DNA of 64,000 nt. It comes from Chloroflexota bacterium. Lineage in GTDB: Bacteria; Chloroflexota; Limnocylindria; P2-11E. The DNA is taken from positions 41,453-105,452 of the forward strand of contig VBDU01000080.1 of assembly GCA_005883625.1 (NCBI GenBank). Direction: 5' to 3'. Made by a program: the position numbers and the translations under genes. A model generated the notes under the pieces. The model made no database searches, had not been told where the DNA came from, and saw only the letters and a list, made by a program, of their open reading frames with translations. How positions within the stretch are numbered: position 1 is the first letter of the stretch; each line of letters opens with the position of its first letter. Below, piece after piece: positions 46,397 through 56,482 of this stretch.

Positions 46397-47394
46397 ATCC
46401 GCATCCGCAGGAACAGATCGCGAACAGACCCTCGCGCCCACCACGGGCGCCGCGGCGCGGGCGCCTCGTTCGGCGGCTCCAGGATCGTGCCGAACGCGCG
46501 GAAGCGCTCGTACCGAGTCGAAAGGAGGTCCGCGACCGGGACGCGCGCGAGACGATCGAGCTGCGCGACGAGCGCGGTCTTGATCGCTCGCGTCGTCGCG
46601 TCGTGGTCCGTGTGGGCACCACCCGCCGGCTCGGGGATGAGCGCGTCCACGACGCCGAGCTCCAGAAGATCAGGTGCGGCGAGCCGCATCGCCTGCGCCG
46701 CGCGCTCTGCCTCGGTGGCGCTCCGGAACAGGATGGCCGCGGCACCCTCCGGCGAGATGACCGAGTAGATCGAGTTCTCGAGCGCGAGGACGATGTCGCC
46801 GACGCCGAGCGCGAGGGCGCCGCCTGAGCCGCCTTCGCCGAGCACGACGACGACGATCGGCGTCGCCAGGGTCGTCAGCGCGCGGATGGCGGACGCGATC
46901 GACTCGGCCTGCCCGCGCTCCTCGCCCTCCGGTCCCGGGTACGCGCCCGGTGTATCCACCAGCGTGACAAGCGGCAGATGGAACTTCTCGGCGACGCGGT
47001 AGAGCCGGATCGCCTTGCGGTACCCCTCGGGATGCGGCATGCCGAAGTTCCGCTGGATGTTCTCCTCGGTCGAGGCACCCTTCTGCTGACCGACCACCAC
47101 GACCGGCCGGCCGTCGAGCTCCGCGATGCCCCCGACGATCGCGGGATCGTCGCGGAACGAGCGGTCGCCGTGCAGCTCCTGGAATCGCTCGAAGGCGCCG
47201 GCGATGACCTCGAGCGCGTGCGGCCGCGTGATGTTCCGCGCGGTCTGGACCGCCATCCACGGGGTCGTGCGCCGCGCGGTCATCTCGGAGGCATCGACGA
47301 TGAGGCCCGCGTCCGCCGCGAGATGCCCGTTACCGGCCGTGGACCCGGGCGCAGGGGGGCGAAGCCCGCCAACGATGCGATCGATCATCGACAT
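46393..47394 (-). CDS. accA: Acetyl-CoA carboxylase carboxyltransferase alpha subunit
   Basis: Crotonase-fold CT-alpha motifs. Confidence 0.85.
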   Translation of the reverse strand: MSMIDRIVGGLRPPAPGSTAGNGHLAADAGLIVDASEMTARRTTPWMAVQTARNITRPHALEVIAGAFERFQELHGDRSFRDDPAIVGGIAELDGRPVVVVGQQKGASTEENIQRNFGMPHPEGYRKAIRLYRVAEKFHLPLVTLVDTPGAYPGPEGEERGQAESIASAIRALTTLATPIVVVVLGEGGSGGALALGVGDIVLALENSIYSVISPEGAAAILFRSATEAERAAQAMRLAAPDLLELGVVDALIPEPAGGAHTDHDATTRAIKTALVAQLDRLARVPVADLLSTRYERFRAFGTILEPPNEAPAPRRPWWARGSVRDLFLRMRI

Positions 47395-47395
47395 G

Positions 47396-48247
47396 TCACA
47401 GGCTCCAGCGGAGGTCCTGGCCGGCGACCCGGAAGGCGTTCAGGAAGAATCCGATCCGCTCCTTGAGCTGGTCCCGCGGGACGACCTGATCGACGAACCC
47501 GTGCTCGAGGAGGAACTCCGCGCGCTGGAACCCGGTCGGCAGCTTCTCGCCGATCGTCTCGCTGGTCACGCGCGCGCCGGAGAAGCCGATGAGCGCTCCC
47601 GGCTCCGCGAGGACGATGTCGCCGAGCGACGCGAACGAGGCGAGCACGCCGCCCGTCGTGGGGTCGGTGAGCACAGTGACGAACGGGATGCCGGCGGCGT
47701 CGAGGCGCGCGATCGCGCCGATCGTCTTGGCCATCTGCATGAGCGCGATCGTGCCCTCCTGCATCCGCGCGCCGCCGGAGGCCGCGACGATGACGAGCGG
47801 CTTGCGCTCCGCGAGCGCCCGCTCGGCGGCGCGGGTGACCTTCTCGCCCACGACGCCGCCCATCGAGCCGCCCATGAACTCGAAGTCCATCACCGCGAGC
47901 ACGACGGGGATCCCCGCGAGCGCCGCGTCTCCGGTGATGACCGCGTCGCGGCGCCCGGTCTTCGCCTGCGCGGCCGCGATCCGCTCGGGATACGGCTTGC
48001 TGTCGACGAAGCCGAGCGGATCGGTCGAGGAGAGATCGGCGTCGGTCTCCCTGAACGAGCGCGGGTCCGCCAGGATCTCGACGCGCTCCTTCGCCCCGAG
48101 CTTGAAGTGGTGCCCGCACTTCGTGCACACGTTGAGGTTCCGCGCGAGCTGCTTGTTGAACAGCATCTCGCCGCAGCTCGGGCACTGCGTCCAGAGGTGC
48201 GAGGGGAATTCCTTCGGCCTTCTGCCGAACGGGTTGCGAAGCCTCAT
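47396..48247 (-). CDS. accD: Acetyl-CoA carboxylase carboxyltransferase beta subunit; likely start at the internal Met, since the ORF-track N-terminus reads through a hairpin repeat
   Basis: N-terminal Zn ribbon CPSCG...CTKCGHH. CT-beta motifs. Confidence 0.85.
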   Translation of the reverse strand: MRLRNPFGRRPKEFPSHLWTQCPSCGEMLFNKQLARNLNVCTKCGHHFKLGAKERVEILADPRSFRETDADLSSTDPLGFVDSKPYPERIAAAQAKTGRRDAVITGDAALAGIPVVLAVMDFEFMGGSMGGVVGEKVTRAAERALAERKPLVIVAASGGARMQEGTIALMQMAKTIGAIARLDAAGIPFVTVLTDPTTGGVLASFASLGDIVLAEPGALIGFSGARVTSETIGEKLPTGFQRAEFLLEHGFVDQVVPRDQLKERIGFFLNAFRVAGQDLRWSL

Positions 48248-48249
48248 GC

Positions 48250-48285
48250 GTCGGGGGGGCAAAGCCCCCCCGACCCCCCAAAGGT
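48250..48285. repeat. G/C hairpin repeat (GTCGGGGGGGC-AAA-GCCCCCCCGAC, then CCCCCCAAAGG) between degV and accD
   Basis: 11-bp perfect stem, 3-nt loop. Confidence 0.65.
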
Positions 48286-49145
48286 CATACCTCTTCCGAA
48301 CGGTACCAGCAGAGTCCAATGAGTCCCGGACCTCCGCGCGCGCCGATGACCGGACCGGCCTCGGCCACCCAGTGCTCCACGCAGTGGAAGCGCTGCTGGA
48401 CCCAGTCCGCGAGCGCGAGCGCGCGCTCCGGATCGTTCGTGTGCACCGTGCAGGCGTTGATGCGCGACCCGGGCGGGACCCGCCCCTCGATGAGCTCCTT
48501 CAGGCGCGCCGTGGCCTTCTCGCGCGTGCGGATGCGGTCGACGGCCTGCACTTTCCCGTCATCGATCTCGAGGATCGGCTTCACCGCGAGGAGCGACCCG
48601 AAGAGCGCCGCGCCGCCGGAGATCCTGCCCGACCGCTTGAGGTACTCGAGCACGTCCGCCGCGGCGAGGATGTGCACCTTGCCGGCCAGGCGGCGCGCGA
48701 GCGCGGTGGCCTCGTCGAACGAGTGACCGTCGCGTCGCGCCCGGGCACAGGCGGTCGCGATGAGCGAGATCGCGCCCGCCACGGAGCGCGAATCGACGAC
48801 CTCGATCCGAGCGTCGGAGAGCTGCTGACCCGTGGTGCTCGCGACCGAGTACGTGCCCGAAAGCTCGCTCGCGATCGTGATGACGATCATCTTGCGGATG
48901 CCCTCGCGGACGATCCGGTCGTATATGTCGCGGCATTCGCCCATCGACGGTTGCGACGTCCCCGGCTTCACGTCGGGGGCGGCGATCTTTGCGTAGAACT
49001 CCTCGGCGGTCAGGTCGACGCCCGCGGTGTATGACTCGTTCCCGATGTCGACGTGCAGCGGCAGATGCCGGATGTCGAGCTCGGCACCCATGCCCGGAGG
49101 GAACGAGGCGGTGCCGTCGACGACGATCGCGAACCGCTCGGCCAT
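48285..49145 (-). CDS. DegV-family fatty-acid-binding protein
   Basis: MAERFAIVVDGTASFPP N-terminus, DegV fold. TGATG junction with birA. Confidence 0.85.
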   Translation of the reverse strand: MAERFAIVVDGTASFPPGMGAELDIRHLPLHVDIGNESYTAGVDLTAEEFYAKIAAPDVKPGTSQPSMGECRDIYDRIVREGIRKMIVITIASELSGTYSVASTTGQQLSDARIEVVDSRSVAGAISLIATACARARRDGHSFDEATALARRLAGKVHILAAADVLEYLKRSGRISGGAALFGSLLAVKPILEIDDGKVQAVDRIRTREKATARLKELIEGRVPPGSRINACTVHTNDPERALALADWVQQRFHCVEHWVAEAGPVIGARGGPGLIGLCWYRSEEV

Positions 49146-49146
49146 C

Positions 49147-49906
49147 AGAGCGGCCGGACCTCGCCCGTGACGATGCGTTCGCGTCCGGCCGGTCCCTGTA
49201 CGATCAGCGCGCCCGTCGCGTCGACGTCGACGGCGGTCCCGACGAGCGGCGGCCGGCCGCCGCGCGCGACCTCGACCGGCCGGCCGAGGAGCGTCGCGCG
49301 GGCGCGCCACTCCTCGAGCGCGTCGGCGCGGGCGCCGCCGGCGGCGACGCGATCGAGCTCGGCACTGAGCGCCGCGAGGAGCGCGAGCCGGTCGACGTCG
49401 TGTCCCGCGATCGCGAGCGAGGTCGCGTGCTCGCGGATCTCCGGGAGGTGGTCGTCGCGCAGCTGGTGGACGTTGACGCCGATACCGAGCACGAGCGAGC
49501 CCCCCTGCTGGTCCGTCGCGGCGTGCGCGAGCGCGCCGGCGATCTTGCCCCCCTCGACCTCGACGTCGTTCGGCCATTTTAGGCGTGCGTTCGCGGCCCC
49601 GAGGCGCGCGAGCGCGCGCGCGACCGCGACTCCCGCGAGCAGCACGAACAGCCCCGGCGCGGCCGGCGCGGGCCGGAAGATCCAGGAGGCGAGAAGGCTC
49701 ATGCCACGCGGCGCGTGCCAGGCGCGGCCCTGCGTCCCGCGCCCCGCGGTCTGCTCGTCGGCGACGACGATGCCCGCGATCGCTCCCGCGTCCACGAGCG
49801 CGCGCGCGCGGTCCTGCGTCGAAGCGAGTGAGGTGTGGAACTCGATCTCGCGGCCCAGCTCCCTCGAGAGCGCGCTCCGGACCGCGGGTATCGCGAGCAG
49901 CGGCAG
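49147..49906 (-). CDS. birA: Biotin-protein ligase BirA (catalytic and C-terminal domains, no HTH); start codon uncertain (CTG candidates only)
   Basis: GRGRQGRAW-type motif (AGRGTQGRAWHAP). Stop overlaps the degV start. Confidence 0.65.
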
Positions 49907-49914
49907 GCGGTCGG

Positions 49915-50418
49915 CTATCTGTGGACCAGGACCACCGGCACGCGCACGATCTCGTCGATCGATCCGTCGCGCGGGCTCCGCTCGAAGACCTCGACGCTCC
50001 CGAGCGTGTCCACCAGGGGATCGGCGTACGTCGCGGCGATCGTGAACGTGCCGCGCTCGGGCGCGCCGGCGCTCGCGGTCGTGATCCCCTCGGCGAGCGG
50101 CCGTCCGGTGGTGTCGACGATGCGCCAGTTGAGGTTCGCCTCGAACACGCTCGCGTCGCCGCTGATCGTGAGGGGGCTGCTGACCCGGCTGTTCGCGAGC
50201 GGCCGGCGCACGACGATGAAGCCGCGCGCCGAGACGAGCGCCGTGGGCGAGGGCGCTCCGGGCGTGACGCTCACCGTCGGCGACGCCGTGCGTGCGACCG
50301 CCGAGGACGTCAGGGTCGGCGACGGGCCGGGCGCCTGCGAACGAGAGGAGAGAAGGAACACGTTCACGAGGACGATGAACAGGAGGATGAACGCGATAAG
50401 CAGGAGCGCACGCCTCAT
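49915..50418 (-). CDS. Secreted/anchored protein with Gmad2-like Ig domain
   Basis: N-terminal TM/signal LLLIAFILLFIVLVNVFLL; VFEANLNWRIVDTTGRPLAEG..TFTIAATY. Confidence 0.5.
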   Translation of the reverse strand: MRRALLLIAFILLFIVLVNVFLLSSRSQAPGPSPTLTSSAVARTASPTVSVTPGAPSPTALVSARGFIVVRRPLANSRVSSPLTISGDASVFEANLNWRIVDTTGRPLAEGITTASAGAPERGTFTIAATYADPLVDTLGSVEVFERSPRDGSIDEIVRVPVVLVHR

Positions 50419-51317
50419 GCGCGCCGGACCTGCGCCCCCGCCGCGCGCACGCGCACGACGCGTCCCCGCGCGCTCGTCCCGCGATCGTGCGCGGCCTCTT
50501 CCATGGCCGCGACCACGCGCGCGGCGAGCCGCGCCGGAGCGAACGCGACGATCGCCGGTCCCGCGCCGGAGAGCGCGGCGCCGAACGCGCCTGCGCCGCG
50601 CGCAGCCCCGACGACGTCGTCGAGGTCAGGCACGAGCTTCGCGCGCGCGGGTTGATGCAGCCGGTCCGCCATCGCGATCGAAAGGAGCGCACCGTCGGAG
50701 CGCAGCACCGCGGCGAGGAGCGCCGCGGCGTGCGCGAGGTTGAAGACCGCGTCGGCGCGCGAGACGTTCGGCGAGAGGACCGCGCGGGCCGTCTCCGTCT
50801 CGAGCGCCTCCTTGGGGATGAGCAGGCAGATGCGCCACGCCCGCGGGAACGCGATGCGGGTCGCGACCGGGCCGGCGTCGTCGGGGACCGCGACCGTGAA
50901 CGCACCGTAGAGCGCCGCCGCGACGTTGTCGGCGTGGCCTTCGACCTCGCTCGCGACACGCAGCAGCGAGCGCCGATCCAGCGGCTCGCCGAGGAGGGCG
51001 TTCGCCGCGACGACCCCGCCGACGATCGCCGCGGCGCTCGAGCCCAGGCCTCGCCCGACCGGTATCGCGGAGCGCTGCGTGACGTGCTGCGGCGGGAGCG
51101 TCGCCCCCGCGGCCTTCGCGGCGGCACGCGCGCCGACGACGAACAGGTTGTCGTCGCCGGTCGGTACGCCCTCGCCATCGCCGTCGATCGAGACGGCCCA
51201 TGCGCGCGCCGGCCGCACGTCGTACTCCGCGAGAAGCGGGAGGGCGATCGCGAACGAGTCGAATCCGGGGCCGAGATTCGCGCTCGACGCGGGAACGCGG
51301 ACCCGAAGCTCGGTCAC
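50415..51317 (-). CDS. thrB: Homoserine kinase
   Basis: GHMP kinase motifs PASSANLGPGFD and GLGSSAAA. GTGA overlap with thrC. Confidence 0.8.
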   Translation of the reverse strand: MTELRVRVPASSANLGPGFDSFAIALPLLAEYDVRPARAWAVSIDGDGEGVPTGDDNLFVVGARAAAKAAGATLPPQHVTQRSAIPVGRGLGSSAAAIVGGVVAANALLGEPLDRRSLLRVASEVEGHADNVAAALYGAFTVAVPDDAGPVATRIAFPRAWRICLLIPKEALETETARAVLSPNVSRADAVFNLAHAAALLAAVLRSDGALLSIAMADRLHQPARAKLVPDLDDVVGAARGAGAFGAALSGAGPAIVAFAPARLAARVVAAMEEAAHDRGTSARGRVVRVRAAGAQVRRA

Positions 51318-52396
51318 GCGTTGGGGGGGCGATGCCCCCCCATCCCCCCGATCGCTCTGCGTACCGCGTCGGCGCTCGCGTCGACCTCGTCGATCTCGCC
51401 CGCGAGGGTGCGCGCGCGGTCGGGATCCTTGAGCCCGTTCCCGGTGAGCACGCACACCACCTGGCGGACGCCCTCGAGGCCGCCCGCCTTCGCGCGCTTC
51501 CGGAGCCCCGCGATCGCGGCCGCGGAGGCCGGCTCCACGAACACGCCTTCACAACGTGCGGCGAAGCGATATGCAGCGAGGATCTCGTCGTCGCTGACCG
51601 CCTCGATCGCTCCGCCGGACTCGTCCCGAGCCGCGACGGCTCCCTTCCACGACGCGGGGTTGCCGATCCGGATCGCCGTCGCGAGCGTCTCGGGCTCGGC
51701 GATCGGCCGCCCGGACACCAGCGGCGCGGCGCCTTCCGCCTGGTAGCCGAACATCCGGGGGCGGCGCCGCGCCATGCCGGCGCCCGTCGCCTCGACGAAC
51801 CCTTTCCAGTACGCGGTGATGTTCCCCGCGTTGCCGACAGGGATGAAGAGCGCGTCGGGAGCGTCGCCGAGCGCCTCGCACACCTCGAACGCCGCCGTCT
51901 TCTGTCCTTCGAGCCGCAGGGGGTTCACGCTGTTGACGAGCGTCGCCTCGCCCGCCGCGGCGAGCTCCTTCACGACGGCGAGCGCCGCGTCGAAGGGGCC
52001 TCGCACCGATACGATCCGCGCCCCGAAGGCGACCGCCTGCACGAGCTTCCCGAGCGCGACCTGACCCGCGGGCAGGACGACGGTACAGGGGATCTGGGCC
52101 CGCGCCGCGTAGGCCGCGGCGGAAGCGGCGGTGTTGCCGGTCGACGCGCAGAGCACCGCGCGGGCGCCGCCCTCGAGCGCCTTCGCGACCGCTACGACCA
52201 TCCCGCGGTCCTTGAACGAGCCGGTCGGGTTCGCGCCTTCGACCTTGAGCCAGATCTCCGGGACGCCGGTCTCGCGCTCGAGCGAGCGAGCGCGGACGAG
52301 CGGAGTGCCTCCTTCGCCCAGCGTGAGACGCGGTGTGCGTTCGCTGACCGGGAGATATGCCGCGTAACGGTCGATGAGGCAAGGCGCGCCCGGCAC
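51314..52396 (-). CDS. thrC: Threonine synthase
   Basis: PLP-fold, NPTGSFKDRG lysine motif. C-terminal tail runs through a hairpin repeat. Confidence 0.9.
   Translation of the reverse strand: MPGAPCLIDRYAAYLPVSERTPRLTLGEGGTPLVRARSLERETGVPEIWLKVEGANPTGSFKDRGMVVAVAKALEGGARAVLCASTGNTAASAAAYAARAQIPCTVVLPAGQVALGKLVQAVAFGARIVSVRGPFDAALAVVKELAAAGEATLVNSVNPLRLEGQKTAAFEVCEALGDAPDALFIPVGNAGNITAYWKGFVEATGAGMARRRPRMFGYQAEGAAPLVSGRPIAEPETLATAIRIGNPASWKGAVAARDESGGAIEAVSDDEILAAYRFAARCEGVFVEPASAAAIAGLRKRAKAGGLEGVRQVVCVLTGNGLKDPDRARTLAGEIDEVDASADAVRRAIGGMGGHRPPNA
51322..51350. repeat. G/C hairpin repeat (TGGGGGGGC-GAT-GCCCCCCCA, then TCCCCCCG) at the thrC 3' end/thrB start
   Basis: 9-bp stem, 3-nt loop. Encodes the thrC tail GGMGGHRPP. 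Confidence 0.65.
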
Positions 52397-53639
52397 GGGG
52401 CGTCATGGTATCCGCCGATACCATTCCGGCGTGAACTTCTCCTCCCGCGAGCGGCAGCTCCTCTCCACGCTCGTCATCCTGCTCATCATCGTCGCGGCCT
52501 TCCAGATCGTCGCGACGCTCTGGCTCGCCGTGCTGCAGGTCGCCGACGTCGTCCTCATCTTCATCGCGGCCTGGGCGCTCTCGTACCTGCTTTCGCCGCT
52601 CGTGAACCGGATCGACGAGCGCACGCCGCTGAATCGCGCGCTCAGCGTGGTGCTCGTCTACCTGGGGATCGCGATCGTCCTCGCCGGCGTGCTCGCGCTC
52701 GTCGTCCCGGGCCTGGTCGCGCAGCTCAACGACCTCGTCACGCGCGCCCCCGAGTACGGCGACCGCGCGGCGCGCGAGGCCGCCGGTCTCCAAGTCCAGC
52801 TGGAGCGCGCGGGCGTACCCGTGAAGGTGACCGAGCTCTACGGCGCCGTGCCGAGCCGTCTGAGCGAGGTCGCCGGGGCGATCGCGCACGACGCGCTGGG
52901 CGTCGTCTCGGCGACCGCCGCCGTGCTGTTCGACGCGACCCTCGTCCTCATCATCGCGTTCATCATGCTCATCGACGGGGACGCGATCTGGCAGCGTTTC
53001 ACCCGCGCGCTCACACCTGAGCTGCGCAGCGAAGCCGAGCTGCTGCGCCAGAGCGCGGACCGCTCGTTCGGCGGGTTCATCCGGGGCTCGCTGCTCTTGG
53101 GACTCATCTACGGCGTCGCGACGCTCGCCCTCCTCGTCGTGTTCGGCGTGCCGTTCGCGGGAGTCCTGGCGACACTCTCGGGGCTCGCGATGATCATCCC
53201 GTTCTTCGGGCCGATCATCGCCGAGATCCCGGTGCTGCTCGTGACGCTGCTCGGCGCGCCGGATCAGTTCCTCTGGGTGCTCGTCCTCACGCTCGTGCTC
53301 CAGCAGATCGTCCTGAACATCATCGGGCCGCGCCTCATGTCGAACGCGATCGGCATCCATCCGATCTTCGTGTTCCTCGCCCTCCTCCTCGGCTCTCGCA
53401 TCGCCGGGTTCTGGGGAGTCTTCCTCGCGGTCCCCGTCGCCGGGGTCATCAACACCTTCGTGCGATACGCCTACGAGCTCGCGAAGGGACGTCGCGTGCG
53501 GACGCAGGCGGCCTCGCTCATGGACGAGCGCAGGGCGGCCGCCGCGGCCGCGGCGGCGGACGCCCGCGACGCCGAAGCGGAGGCGCGCGAGGCCGCGCGC
53601 GTGGCGCGGGAGGCGAAGCTCACCGCGCGAGGCAAATGA
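52374..53639 (+). CDS. AI-2E/UPF0118-family transporter
   Basis: 8-TM profile with a characteristic C-terminal charged tail. Confidence 0.75.
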   Translation: MRQGAPGTGRHGIRRYHSGVNFSSRERQLLSTLVILLIIVAAFQIVATLWLAVLQVADVVLIFIAAWALSYLLSPLVNRIDERTPLNRALSVVLVYLGIAIVLAGVLALVVPGLVAQLNDLVTRAPEYGDRAAREAAGLQVQLERAGVPVKVTELYGAVPSRLSEVAGAIAHDALGVVSATAAVLFDATLVLIIAFIMLIDGDAIWQRFTRALTPELRSEAELLRQSADRSFGGFIRGSLLLGLIYGVATLALLVVFGVPFAGVLATLSGLAMIIPFFGPIIAEIPVLLVTLLGAPDQFLWVLVLTLVLQQIVLNIIGPRLMSNAIGIHPIFVFLALLLGSRIAGFWGVFLAVPVAGVINTFVRYAYELAKGRRVRTQAASLMDERRAAAAAAAADARDAEAEAREAARVAREAKLTARGK

Positions 53640-54487
53640 CCACTGACGCCGACAAACTGGCGGCCGAAGGTCGCCTGAACAGGGGGGTTGCAGGGGGCCG
53701 GCAAATACTCATCACCAACGACGACGGGATCGAATCGGACGCGCTCGGCCCCCTCACCGACGCGCTCGCCGCGGTCGGCGACGTGGACATCATCGCCCCC
53801 GAGCGGAACTGGAGCGGCGCGAGCCACAGCATCACGCTGTACCGCCCGCTCCGAGTGCGTTCGACCCAGCTCCGTACCGGGCAGAACGCGTACATGACCG
53901 ACGGGTCGCCGACGGACTGCGTCCGTCTTGGCGTGCTCGGCTTCCTCAAGCGCAAACCCGACCTCGTCGTGAGCGGCGTCAACCGCGGCTCGAACCTGGG
54001 CGACGACATCACCTATTCCGGCACGGTCGCCGCGGCGATGGAGGGGCTGCTCTCCGGGCTCCCCTCGATCGCGATCTCGATCGCCGCGTTCGGCGCGAAC
54101 ATCGACTTCGCTCCGTCGGCGGCGTTCGCCGCGCTGCTGGCGCGGAACATCTTCGACAAGGGGTTCGCGCCGGACGCGCTGCTGAACGTGAACGTTCCGG
54201 CCCTGCCGCGCGACGCGATCGCGGGCGTCGAGGTGACGCGCCTCGGTAAGCGCACCTATCGCGACCAGCTCGTGGAGCGTCTCGACCCCTACGGCAATCC
54301 GTATTACTGGGTCGGCGGGCCCGCGGTGAGCGCCGAGGCCGAGGAGGGGACCGACGTCGCGGCCCTCCGCGCGGGCAAGATCAGCGTGACGCCGATCTAC
54401 CTCGACCTCACGAATCACTCGCTCATCGCGGGGCTCGCGAAGTGGGACTGGGGCTGGTCGGGTCCGGTGGAGGTCGCGGCGGACTAG
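53636..54487 (+). CDS. surE: 5'/3'-nucleotidase SurE
   Basis: ILITNDDGIESDAL N-terminal metal-binding motif. Confidence 0.85.
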   Translation: MTTDADKLAAEGRLNRGVAGGRQILITNDDGIESDALGPLTDALAAVGDVDIIAPERNWSGASHSITLYRPLRVRSTQLRTGQNAYMTDGSPTDCVRLGVLGFLKRKPDLVVSGVNRGSNLGDDITYSGTVAAAMEGLLSGLPSIAISIAAFGANIDFAPSAAFAALLARNIFDKGFAPDALLNVNVPALPRDAIAGVEVTRLGKRTYRDQLVERLDPYGNPYYWVGGPAVSAEAEEGTDVAALRAGKISVTPIYLDLTNHSLIAGLAKWDWGWSGPVEVAAD

Positions 54488-54710
54488 GGCTCGGCGTCGA
54501 CGCCGAAGCGCTCGGCGGCGACGCCGTCGCGGACGAGCTTCGTGCACAGCCCCGGCACGCAGCCGTTCGTGCGGCAGCGCTCGGTGCACAGGTGCCGGCG
54601 CGCGCAGGCGAGGCAGAAGGCCGCCGGCCGATCGAAGTCGGTGCAGGCGACGCACCGCGCATGGCGTGCCGGGTCGAGCGCGCCGCCGCAGGCGCCGCAG
54701 CGGAGCGCGC
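54484..54710 (-). CDS. Candidate Cys-rich small ORF (11 Cys in about 75 aa; three CxxC pairs) with no canonical start codon
   Basis: Frame +2 after the ABC ATPase stop: LSALRCGACGGALDPARHARCVACTDFDRPAAFCLACARRHLCTERCRTNGCVPGLC... It fills the otherwise unexplained 223-bp gap between convergent genes. Confidence 0.25.
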
Positions 54711-55487
54711 TCAGGGCAGCGCTCCCGGGACGACGACCGGGCGGCCGCCGCGGCGTTCGACCTCGAGGCCCGCGCCGAACACCCGTCCGACGACCTCCGG
54801 CGTGAGCGCGTCGAGCGGCGGCGCATCGACGACGACGCGACCGTGTTCGATGACGACGATCCGCGTCGCGGCGCTCGCCGCGAGGTTCAGATCGTGCAGG
54901 ACGGCGACGACCGCGAGGCCCCGCGTGCGTGCGAGCCGGCGGACGAGCGCGAGCGTCGCCAGCTGGTGGGCGGGGTCCAGGTGCGCGGTCGGCTCGTCGA
55001 GGAGCAGGACGTCTCCCTCCTGGGCGAGCGCCATGGCGAGGACGGCCCGCTGACGCTCGCCGCCCGAGATCTCCGTGATCGTCCGGTCCGCGAGCGCCAG
55101 GAGCGCGAGCTCGTCGAGCGCGCGATCGACTGCCGCGCGGTCGACGGCGGAGGGGCGACCGAACAGCGACAGCCGGGCGGTACGGCCCAGGGCGACGACC
55201 TCCCGCACGGTGAACGGGAAGAGGGTCTCGAATACCTGCGGGACGACCGCGATCCGTCGTGCGATCTCGCGCCGCGCGAGCGACCGGAGGTCGCGGCCGT
55301 CGAGGCGGACATCACCGGACCGCGGGACGAGGAGTCCCGCCAGCGCGCGCAGCAGCGTCGACTTCCCGGCTCCGTTCGGGCCGACCAGGCACACGACCTC
55401 GCCCGCGCCGACGCAGACGTCGCAGTCGTGGAGCACTTCGCGGTCGCGGTATCCGGCGACGACCGCGCGTGCCGCGAGCGCGGTCAT
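54711..55487 (-). CDS. Iron-siderophore/cobalamin-type ABC transporter ATP-binding protein (FecE/BtuD-like)
   Basis: Walker A GPNGAGKST, signature ISGGERQR, Walker B LLLDEP. Confidence 0.85.
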   Translation of the reverse strand: MTALAARAVVAGYRDREVLHDCDVCVGAGEVVCLVGPNGAGKSTLLRALAGLLVPRSGDVRLDGRDLRSLARREIARRIAVVPQVFETLFPFTVREVVALGRTARLSLFGRPSAVDRAAVDRALDELALLALADRTITEISGGERQRAVLAMALAQEGDVLLLDEPTAHLDPAHQLATLALVRRLARTRGLAVVAVLHDLNLAASAATRIVVIEHGRVVVDAPPLDALTPEVVGRVFGAGLEVERRGGRPVVVPGALP

Positions 55488-56482
55488 ACCAGCATCCGCC
55501 GTCGCTGGCGGAGCAGGAGACCGAGGAAGAACGGCCCACCGACAAGCCCGGTGACGACACCGACGGGCAGCTCGGCAGGCGAGAGGACCGTCCGCGCCCC
55601 GATGTCGGCGAGGACGAGCGTCACCGCGCCAAGGAGAAAGCTCGCGGGGACGAGTCGCGCGTGCGCGGCGCCGAGGACCGGCCGGATCGCGTGGGGCACG
55701 ACGAGGCCGACGAAACCGATCACCCCGGCGAGCGCGACCGCGGCGCCCGTGAGCAGCGCGGTGACCGCGAGGATCGCCGCGGTCGAGCGCTCGAGATCCA
55801 CGCCGAGGGTCGCGGCGGTCTCCTCGCCCAGGGCGAACGCGTCGAGACGTCGCGCGAGCGCGATGGCCGCGGCGGTGGCGGCGATGACGATCGCCGCGGC
55901 CACGGCGAGCTCGGTGCCATCGAGTATCGCGACGCCGCCGAGCAGCCACCCGAGGACCGCGCGAAGGCGTAGGACGATGCGATCGCTCGCGACGAGGAGG
56001 AGCGTGACGATCGCCGCGGCGAACGACGAGAGGATGACGCCGGCGAGGAGCACCGTGAGGACGCTCGTACGGCCACCGAGTGACGAGAGTCGCCAGACGA
56101 TCGCCGCCGATGCGAGTGCGCCGAAGAACGCGGCGACCGGAAGAAGCGCGGGCTCCGACGACGCTCCAAGCGCGATCGCGGCGACGGCGCACAGGGAGCC
56201 CCCTGCCGATGTCCCGGTCACGTACGGATCGGCGAGCGGGTTCCGCAAGAGCCCCTGAAGGAGCGCGCCCGCCACCGCGAGTGCGCCGCCGACGATCGCT
56301 GCTCCGAGAACGCGCGGGAGCCGAAGGTCGCGCACGATCGTCGCGTTCGCGGCATCGCCGTTGCCCCAGAGGGCGTTCCACACGTCGCCGGGCGCGATGG
56401 GCACCGCGCCGACGAGGATGCCCGCGAGCACGCTCGCCACGAGGGCGACCGCGAGCGCCACGAGGACGAACGCTGTCCTCAT
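55484..56482 (-). CDS. FecCD-family ABC permease (BtuC-like)
   Basis: About 9 TM helices, FecCD consensus. ATGA overlap with cobC. Confidence 0.85.
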   Translation of the reverse strand: MRTAFVLVALAVALVASVLAGILVGAVPIAPGDVWNALWGNGDAANATIVRDLRLPRVLGAAIVGGALAVAGALLQGLLRNPLADPYVTGTSAGGSLCAVAAIALGASSEPALLPVAAFFGALASAAIVWRLSSLGGRTSVLTVLLAGVILSSFAAAIVTLLLVASDRIVLRLRAVLGWLLGGVAILDGTELAVAAAIVIAATAAAIALARRLDAFALGEETAATLGVDLERSTAAILAVTALLTGAAVALAGVIGFVGLVVPHAIRPVLGAAHARLVPASFLLGAVTLVLADIGARTVLSPAELPVGVVTGLVGGPFFLGLLLRQRRRMLV

